From a virus (lineage: Duplodnaviria > Caudoviricetes), in the IMG/VR virus record IMGVR_UViG_3300036832_000092, positions 1 through 52,898 of that record: DNA of 52,898 nucleotides. One strand, 5' to 3'. Of this stretch, positions 45,862-52,898 are shown piece by piece. A program made the position numbers and the translations under genes. Every line of letters starts with the position of its first letter. Positions within the stretch are counted from its first letter, which is position 1. Under the pieces are notes generated by a model, which was not told where the DNA came from, did not search any database, and saw only the letters and a list, made by a program, of their open reading frames with translations.

Positions 45862-48408
45862 ATGGCGCTTCTGAGAGTCAAACCAAGACGTGACATTATG
45901 CCATCGTCAAATGGCAATGGCCGTGCGTGGGGTACTGCGCATGATGGCAAGCGGCAACAACGCGCATTGCTGGCAAGTGCAACACAACTCATGTCACCTG
46001 AGGGATTGAATCGACCAGAAGCAAAGCGCCTCAACAAATTGCGTCAGCCTTGGCAAGAAGATGCTTGGGCATATCGAGATGCGATTGGTGAATTGCGATA
46101 TGCGACAACATTCTTGGGCAACTCTTGCCGCAAGATTATGCTTGTCCCATCTGCATATGTGGAGGGTGAGCTCGATCCACTGCCATTGTCTGAGATTCCC
46201 GATTGTCCAGACAATGTCAAAGCAGCTGCGAATGACGCATTGCGTCGCTTGAGTTCTGGCGGCCCATTGGCATTGTCTGGGCTACAACGCGATGTCGCTG
46301 AGAACTTTGAGGTTGCTGGCGAGTGCTTCCTTGTTGGCTGGCCGCCTATGACGATGCTACCTGGTAGTGACAATGCTGATGAGGTATGGGAGATCAGGTC
46401 AGTCAGCGAGATTGTTGGCAACAACAATGGCGATCTTGAGCTGAAGATTGACGGTGGTTCGGCAGAGCCAATCCCCAATGGGGTATTCGTCCAGCGCTTG
46501 TGGTATCCGCATCCACGACGCAAGTCAATTGCCGATAGTCCATTTGCCGCAATGCTCGACATCTGCGAGGAATTGCTCATTCTTAGCAGGGACATTCGGG
46601 CATCAGGGCGCTCGCGATTGGCCAATAGCGGCCTGCTACTTCTGCCCGATAAGCTCACGGTCGTCAAGTCAAGCACCCAGGATGATGCCAACGATAGTGA
46701 GCAAGATGAGTTCATGTCTGAGCTCATTGCTGCGGGAATGGCAGCGATTCAAGATGAGGGAAGCGCAAGCGCGATCTTCCCCATTTTGATTCGTGGACCA
46801 CAAGATGCTTTGGCCGCTGTTCGGCAAGTACAAATTGCACGACCAGAAGCGCAGAAGACACAAGATCGTTTAGAGTTGTTGACTCGCATGGCGACGACAC
46901 TCGACCTCCCCGCAGAAGTCTTGACGGGCAAGGGTGATCTCAATCACTGGACTGCTTGGTCTGTCAGTGAGGACACCTTCAATGACCACATCGAACCATT
47001 GGTGATGGTCATTGATGATGCGCTTACTGCCGGATACATGAGACTTGCGCTCAGAAGCACGCCAGGATTAGCGCCTGAATGGGTCAGCCGCGTTGTGCTT
47101 TGGCATGATGCGACAAGACTTGTGCGACACCCAGACCGTAGTCAAGATGCCCTTCAAGCATATGACCGTTTTGCATTGAGCGATGCGGCATTGCGTGATA
47201 CCATGGGCTTCAGCGATACAGATGCGCCTGGTGAAGTTGAGCTGCTCTCGCGCGTTGTCCTCAAGCAGAGCAGACTTGACCCAACGATTGTTGCGCAAAT
47301 CATCAAGCGCATGGACAGTACAATTGACATCTCACAGGTCAAGCCAGACGCCCAGCAAAAGGCTGATGAATCTGGCGTAGATGAGCCGCCTGGTACCGCA
47401 CCGCCAGGTGGAGACGCGACATCCATTGGGCCGATGGAGAGCGCGCCCCAAGGTGGCCAGCCCAAGCAAAGCCCTCCTACGGCACAACCGCCTGGGCTGG
47501 CCGCTGCGGTCAAGAAGATTGGCCCAACAGAGGCAAGCATTCGCAAAGGTAATCAGCAATTAGCCAAGATCGAACGTGAGCTGAGTGATAAGCTCAGCAC
47601 ATCGACGAATGCGGCAATGTCTCGCGCGCTAGAGAAGGCAGGTGCGAGAATCCGCACGACGGTAGGCAGGACGGCAGCAGGTCGTGCGTGGTGCGCAAGT
47701 CACAGTAATACCCAGCTATGTATGTTGATTAGCAATAGTATGATTGCCGCTGCAGGCTTAGATGAGAGCACGTTGCTCAATGATGCGTGGGAGCAATTGA
47801 GCAAGGAATACGCAAGCTATCTTGAGTATGCTGACAAGAAGACGATAACAAGCATAGCCAATATGCTCAGACAAGACCCAGAGAACTTTCAGCAACTTGC
47901 TGGCAAATTGTCGCAATATGCTGACACAGGTTGGAATTACTTACAGCACCAATTGCAGAGATCTGGAATGGAATACCTCTCAAGTCCAGCGTCGGCAATT
48001 GAGCAAGATGAGACAAAAGAGATTGTTACCACAAGACTCGTATCGCCAAATCTGATCAAGAATACACTTGCGCGCGTTGGTGGTCAACTACAGCACAGCC
48101 TTGACGCAATCAAGTCTGACCCGACAGTGAGTGTAACGGTCCAGCCTGGTCTTACCACAGGCCCCGCAGTCGGCGAAACACTTGATAGTGGTGGACTTGA
48201 GATCGGCAGCTATACATGGGTTCACGGCTTCACGCCAAATCCATTTGAGCCGCATGAAGCTCTCGATGGGACAGAGTTCTCATCATGGACGGATGAGGTA
48301 TTGGTCAATCAGGATGAATGGCCAGACGTTGAATTCTTTGCGCCTGGCGATCATGATGGTTGCTCGTGCGACTTTACCACCAATTGGGGCCAACCAGAAT
48401 CGGCATGA
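45862..48408 (+). CDS. Portal protein with C-terminal MuF-like domain
   Basis: WQEDAW..IGELRY, GECFL, NHWTAW portal motifs; C-terminal TW..HEALDG..PGDH.GC.C. Confidence 0.85.
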   Translation: MALLRVKPRRDIMPSSNGNGRAWGTAHDGKRQQRALLASATQLMSPEGLNRPEAKRLNKLRQPWQEDAWAYRDAIGELRYATTFLGNSCRKIMLVPSAYVEGELDPLPLSEIPDCPDNVKAAANDALRRLSSGGPLALSGLQRDVAENFEVAGECFLVGWPPMTMLPGSDNADEVWEIRSVSEIVGNNNGDLELKIDGGSAEPIPNGVFVQRLWYPHPRRKSIADSPFAAMLDICEELLILSRDIRASGRSRLANSGLLLLPDKLTVVKSSTQDDANDSEQDEFMSELIAAGMAAIQDEGSASAIFPILIRGPQDALAAVRQVQIARPEAQKTQDRLELLTRMATTLDLPAEVLTGKGDLNHWTAWSVSEDTFNDHIEPLVMVIDDALTAGYMRLALRSTPGLAPEWVSRVVLWHDATRLVRHPDRSQDALQAYDRFALSDAALRDTMGFSDTDAPGEVELLSRVVLKQSRLDPTIVAQIIKRMDSTIDISQVKPDAQQKADESGVDEPPGTAPPGGDATSIGPMESAPQGGQPKQSPPTAQPPGLAAAVKKIGPTEASIRKGNQQLAKIERELSDKLSTSTNAAMSRALEKAGARIRTTVGRTAAGRAWCASHSNTQLCMLISNSMIAAAGLDESTLLNDAWEQLSKEYASYLEYADKKTITSIANMLRQDPENFQQLAGKLSQYADTGWNYLQHQLQRSGMEYLSSPASAIEQDETKEIVTTRLVSPNLIKNTLARVGGQLQHSLDAIKSDPTVSVTVQPGLTTGPAVGETLDSGGLEIGSYTWVHGFTPNPFEPHEALDGTEFSSWTDEVLVNQDEWPDVEFFAPGDHDGCSCDFTTNWGQPESA

Positions 48409-48617
48409 TGGCAATGGATGATGAAGATCGAGACAAGAGAATTCATGAGCTAATCAGCAGCAGCATACCAGATGGGTATACATATCGCGTTTGTGAAATA
48501 ACTATGGATGAATTCTTGGCCAATCCATATGGATGCCCATTTATAATGGAAGTTTATCCAATTGGTTATGATCCTGACACCCCAAATGTCTACCACGTCG
48601 AGCGAGGACAGCCATGA
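48405..48617 (+). CDS. Hypothetical protein
   Basis: ATGA overlaps on both sides; AT-richer than flanks. Confidence 0.5.
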   Translation: MMAMDDEDRDKRIHELISSSIPDGYTYRVCEITMDEFLANPYGCPFIMEVYPIGYDPDTPNVYHVERGQP

Positions 48618-50500
48618 AGACAAAGCAATTTGGTGCAATCAGGCCACACTCAACCGGCACTGATGATGCTGGTAGTTGGGATGCGTCGGCTGCGACGGCT
48701 GGGGTGAATGCCAATGAGAGCGACTTGCGTGGTCTCCATGCATATCAGGATCCAGAGGGTGATCCTGACGCAAAGGGCAGCTACAGCTTCCCACACCACA
48801 ATGTGGGCGCAGATGGTACACCAGGCGCTGCCAATACTGCCGCTTGCTCATCTGGAATTGCCGCACTCAATGGTGGTCGCGGCGGGCACAGCCTGAGTAC
48901 AGACGACAAGGTTGGTGTACATGACCATCTTGCCAAGCATCTTGATGATGCCGGCAAGGATGTACCTGATCTCAAGGGTGCGGGCGCTGGCGATGCGAAT
49001 GCCTCAATTGATGCTGAGACATTTGAGCTTGCGCCTGACGGTAGTGGCGAAGTTGTGCCGGAGCAAGACAACTCGTTCAGCATGCCTGTAATGGTCATTG
49101 AGGGCGCATGGACTGGCGATGGCCGATACATTGTTCCTGGCGCATTGACGTGGCGCGATCTTCCGCTGCCTGCAATGGCGCTGACAAAGACAACAATGGG
49201 CCATGATGATGCCGATCTGGTCGGCAGAATCGACAGCATGGACAGACGTGGCGCGACGGAAGATGACTTCAACTCACGTCTCGGCCAGCCATATGATGAT
49301 GGTACAAACATCATCTTCGCCAACGGTACATTCGATACCGATGAGCTTGCGGCCAGCATCAAGCACAAGGTCGGTGAGCAATTCCTGCGTGGCGTGAGCG
49401 TTGATATCGGTGACACCATCAGCGAGTTGGTTTACCTTGATATCAATGGGGATGAGTGCCCTGAGTCTGAGTCAGATGACGATGACGATTGGTTCTGGGA
49501 CTTGTTGTTCGGCTTCAGCGCCGCCACATCCACCCCGCAACCAGGTGAGCCATACAGCATTGGCGAGAAGATCACAAGTGGTCGCATCATGGGCGCAACA
49601 ATGTGTCCATTCCAGGCATTTGAAGGCGCATATGTCGTCATTGGTGATTCTGCGATGGTAGCAAGCGCAGATAGGTTGCCACCAGCTGACGATGAGGAAA
49701 AGATCTTCATGCCTGGGCTCAACATCGTTGATAGGCAGGGGGCACGCAAGGTGAAGAATAGCCTTGTAGCATCTGGTGATTTGGCCGCACCGATGGTGCC
49801 TCCAGTCACATGGTTCGATGACCTCAAGCTCGATGGACCCACAGCAATCACCATCGACAAATCTGGTGAAATCTATGGGCATCTTGCCGTGTGGTCGGAA
49901 TGCCACATGAGCTACATCAACCAATGCATCAAGGCGCCGCATAGCGCGACTGATTATGCGTACTACCAGACAGGTGCCGTGTTGTGTGACGATGACACAC
50001 TTGTGCCGACTGGAGTCATCACCATGAATACAGGCCATGCCGAATTGTGGATGAGTGCAGATGAAGCCAAGGCGCACTACGACCATACAGGCATGGTAGT
50101 CGCAGATGTCGCTGCTGGGGAAGACGCATTTGGCATCTGGATTCACGGCTCGATGCGGCCTGATACCGATCAAATGTCCATTCGTCGATTGCGTGGCGCA
50201 GCGCTCAGCGGTGACTGGCGTGATCGCGGTGGTAACCTTGAGTTGGTCGCTGCGTTGGCCGTGAATGTCCCAGGCTTCGCAGTCAAGCGTCCACGCGCCC
50301 GGATTGCTTCAGGCGCACCAACGGCATTGGTTGCTGCCGGACGACTCACGCAGAGAGATGCGCAGCGACTGGCAAACCTTCGCCCACCAACCCCGCATGA
50401 CGATACTTCAAGCGGTGGATATTCACCGCGAGACATGGATGTTATCAGCGGATACATCAAGCGCGATTTGCGCAGCCAAGTGCACAAGGATCGGAGGTGA
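48614..50500 (+). CDS. Capsid maturation protease
   Basis: EG.WTGDGR, GVSVD, YGHLAVW..CH, LSGDWR..LELVAALAVNVPGF (cluster B-like). Confidence 0.85.
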   Translation: MKTKQFGAIRPHSTGTDDAGSWDASAATAGVNANESDLRGLHAYQDPEGDPDAKGSYSFPHHNVGADGTPGAANTAACSSGIAALNGGRGGHSLSTDDKVGVHDHLAKHLDDAGKDVPDLKGAGAGDANASIDAETFELAPDGSGEVVPEQDNSFSMPVMVIEGAWTGDGRYIVPGALTWRDLPLPAMALTKTTMGHDDADLVGRIDSMDRRGATEDDFNSRLGQPYDDGTNIIFANGTFDTDELAASIKHKVGEQFLRGVSVDIGDTISELVYLDINGDECPESESDDDDDWFWDLLFGFSAATSTPQPGEPYSIGEKITSGRIMGATMCPFQAFEGAYVVIGDSAMVASADRLPPADDEEKIFMPGLNIVDRQGARKVKNSLVASGDLAAPMVPPVTWFDDLKLDGPTAITIDKSGEIYGHLAVWSECHMSYINQCIKAPHSATDYAYYQTGAVLCDDDTLVPTGVITMNTGHAELWMSADEAKAHYDHTGMVVADVAAGEDAFGIWIHGSMRPDTDQMSIRRLRGAALSGDWRDRGGNLELVAALAVNVPGFAVKRPRARIASGAPTALVAAGRLTQRDAQRLANLRPPTPHDDTSSGGYSPRDMDVISGYIKRDLRSQVHKDRR

Positions 50501-50621
50501 ATGTAAGCGCAAGTGCCACCTAGTGGCCCTTGGCTAGCATGCAAGATCGTGGCTCTCACATAGCTTTGAGCCTGATCCCCAATGCTGTAACCAACAGCCC
50601 GTACATGGGAAAGAGGATCAG

Positions 50622-52295
50622 ATGTCCTGGCGCGAGAAGTTCCAAGACAGGCTGGACAATCTGGCGAATCTGTCGCCAGATCAACTGGCTGAGCTTGAGG
50701 CTGATCTGATGTCGGAGTTCGATGACATCGATGAGCAGAATGGCTCACTCGCTGATCTCAGCGAGATCAACGCTGCAATTTCACAAGTGCGTGAGCAGGC
50801 AACGAACAGTGAGAACTCACTGGCCGAAATGCGTGCGAACGTCCATCCGCCTGAGGATGAGACCGATCCTGATGGTGAGGAGTCGGAAGGGGACTCTGAC
50901 ACCAATGAGGATGGGGATGAAGGTGAAACGGATCCAGAGGATGAGCAGCCACCTGCTCCCACCGATGTCGTGCCTGTACCTGTCGCTGCTGCCGGTGGTG
51001 GCGGAGGCGGCAGTCATGGCGTGAGACGTCCAAGTCTCGGTCAGCTGGCGCGTCGTGCGGGTGCGCCTGCGAAGCGCAATGCGAATGCGCCTCGCGTGAC
51101 AACGCGCATGGTTGCCGCTGGTGATATCCCTGGCTTTGGAGTTGGTCAGGAAATCACCACCAGCGAGCAATTGTCCATGGCGCTCATCAGGAAGCTGCAG
51201 GCATTGGGCCGTGGCGGTACGCCTGATGACGTTCTTGTGGCTTCCATGGTGAAGGAGTTCCCAGAAGAGCGCACACTCGGCGCAGACCCATGGGTCAACA
51301 CCCGACGCATCGAGGCACTGACCAAGCCGAAGGCACTTGTCGCGTATGGTGGAATCTGCGCGCCGCTGCCAATCGACTACACGATTGAGACCATCGGCTC
51401 GACAGACAGGCCATTGAAGTCAGGCCTGCCCTCATTCGGCGCAAGTCGTGGTGGCGTTCAGTTCATGACGCCGCCTCAGCTGTCGTCGATCACCCCGCCA
51501 GTCCCGTGGACAGTTGCGATGGACCAGGCAGGCACGGCAACCAAGTCTTGCATGAAGGTTGTGTGCGAGCCATTCACCAGCGCTGAGATCTATGGTATTC
51601 CGGTCTGCATCGAAGTCGGCAACATGATGGGCAAGTACAACCCGGAGCAGGTCACCTCACAGACCGCGCTGCTGGACGTTGCGACTGCTCGTACGGCTGA
51701 GCTGACGTTGCTGAACTTGATGGATGCCGGCAGCACAGCGTTGACCGCGACTGATGTGCTTGGCGCCACACGGACCGTACTTGCGACGCTTGATCGTCTG
51801 ATCTCTGCGTACGAGTACAGGAACCGTTTGGGCATGGGCGCATTGCGTGTCGTGCTTCCTGACTGGGTGCATGACATGATCCGTGCAGACATGACGATGG
51901 AGATGGCCCATGATGCCGATGGGCGCGATCCATTGGCAATCACGGATGCGCAGATCGCGTCTTGGTTCGGCGCCCGCAACTGTTCACCCATCTGGACGCT
52001 GGAGGATTTGGCAGCGTCCTGGAAGGCCCAAGCTGCCGGTCCGCTCAACGAATGGCCGTTGGAATTCGTTGCGTACTTCTTTGCAGAAGGTACATGGCAA
52101 TTCCTCGATGGCGGGCAAATCGACCTTGGGGTTGTGCGTGACTCTACGCTCAACTCAACCAACGATTACCAGATCTGGCGTGAGGATTTTGAAGGACTCG
52201 CCAAGCGTGGTAACATCTCGTACAAGGTCACCATCACCTGTGCACCGACTGGCCTGTCTGCTGGTACGGTCGCTACGGGTGGCGCACCGGCCTGA
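50622..52295 (+). CDS. Major capsid (hexamer) protein with N-terminal scaffold-like region
   Basis: ALVAYGGICAP..RGGVQF, LDLG-like IDLGVVRDSTLNSTNDY motifs. Confidence 0.88.
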   Translation: MSWREKFQDRLDNLANLSPDQLAELEADLMSEFDDIDEQNGSLADLSEINAAISQVREQATNSENSLAEMRANVHPPEDETDPDGEESEGDSDTNEDGDEGETDPEDEQPPAPTDVVPVPVAAAGGGGGGSHGVRRPSLGQLARRAGAPAKRNANAPRVTTRMVAAGDIPGFGVGQEITTSEQLSMALIRKLQALGRGGTPDDVLVASMVKEFPEERTLGADPWVNTRRIEALTKPKALVAYGGICAPLPIDYTIETIGSTDRPLKSGLPSFGASRGGVQFMTPPQLSSITPPVPWTVAMDQAGTATKSCMKVVCEPFTSAEIYGIPVCIEVGNMMGKYNPEQVTSQTALLDVATARTAELTLLNLMDAGSTALTATDVLGATRTVLATLDRLISAYEYRNRLGMGALRVVLPDWVHDMIRADMTMEMAHDADGRDPLAITDAQIASWFGARNCSPIWTLEDLAASWKAQAAGPLNEWPLEFVAYFFAEGTWQFLDGGQIDLGVVRDSTLNSTNDYQIWREDFEGLAKRGNISYKVTITCAPTGLSAGTVATGGAPA

Positions 52296-52325
52296 TCATC
52301 AACCTCCACATGGTAATAGGAGGCC

Positions 52326-52898
52326 ATGATGACAGAAACTGTTGAGTTCTCAATTGGAACATTGACAGCCGCTGCTGGTGTACCGGTGCCTCCACCGCTC
52401 ACCCAATCGCCAGTCAATCTGGTCAGGTCATCGAGAAATCCCAATGATGGCGCTGATGTCCGATGGGAGCAAGGGTTCAGCTATCTGCCATTGAGCAATG
52501 GAGAGTTGAACGTTGATGACGCTTGTGCAGGCGACAATGTGCCTGTACCGGTTGCGAAAGATGCGCCGTCTGTATTCTGGACGCCATATCTTCTGTCATC
52601 AAAGTACACATGTTCAACGCTTGGTGCTGATATTGCTGAGCATCAGCAACGTGCACAGAATCTGCTTGACGTTGCAACGCCAAAGATTCTTGAGTATGAA
52701 TTCTGGAATGGCTTGCTAGCACAACAGGCTGGCTATGAGAATTTGTATTTGAGGCAGAGTAGCGATGTTGATGTCTACACCGCCACCTCTGTTGTTGAGG
52801 CCATCGCCATCTGTGAGTCATACCTTGCACAAATGACTTACGGCGGACGCGGGATGATCCACATCCCCGCATGGGTCTCGGCATATCTGCCGGCTGGT
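52326..52898 (+). CDS. 5' part of putative major capsid pentamer protein (continues to 581)
   Basis: GGAGG then ATG 52326; open to the window end; RWEQG..CS..G motifs. Confidence 0.7.
   Translation, partial: MMTETVEFSIGTLTAAAGVPVPPPLTQSPVNLVRSSRNPNDGADVRWEQGFSYLPLSNGELNVDDACAGDNVPVPVAKDAPSVFWTPYLLSSKYTCSTLGADIAEHQQRAQNLLDVATPKILEYEFWNGLLAQQAGYENLYLRQSSDVDVYTATSVVEAIAICESYLAQMTYGGRGMIHIPAWVSAYLPAG
52621..52898. repeat. Terminal direct repeat (copy 2)
   Basis: Matches 1-278 with 2 mismatches. Confidence 0.97.

Noticed and set aside
1-52898. Integrase, tRNA genes, introns or inteins
   Set aside because: None recognised; DnaE, TerL and the helicases are uninterrupted and of ordinary length

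Overview
This window is an apparently complete, circularly permuted dsDNA siphovirus genome of about 52,620 bp; bases 1-278 are repeated at 52621-52898. It looks like an actinobacteriophage with mycobacteriophage cluster B-like head genes (separate hexamer and pentamer capsid proteins). All credible genes lie on the + strand and I see no integrase or repressor, so it is probably lytic. Gene order is: tail module (592-14006, with an Acb2/Tad1-like anti-defence gene inserted), a ~1.1 kb structured non-coding region, small early genes, SNF2 helicase, recombination genes, a putative nucleotide-modification cluster, DnaE, an atypical ThyX, primase-helicase, an iteron-rich putative origin, RuvC-like resolvase, terminase, lysis genes, portal-MuF fusion, protease and capsid genes. 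The most novel signal is an RNA-structure layer over the early region. It comprises a type II hammerhead ribozyme (16991-17054), four covarying copies of an unrecognised pseudoknotted intergenic element, a repeated tandem-U.U hairpin, and two long-range G.U-compatible helices that bracket whole gene blocks (14945-14979 with 20296-20330, and 20343-20373 with 21682-21712). Genome-wide, CCCCGCA is strongly enriched and TTAA appears absent. All protein calls come from motif recognition and gene order by eye, not from database searches.
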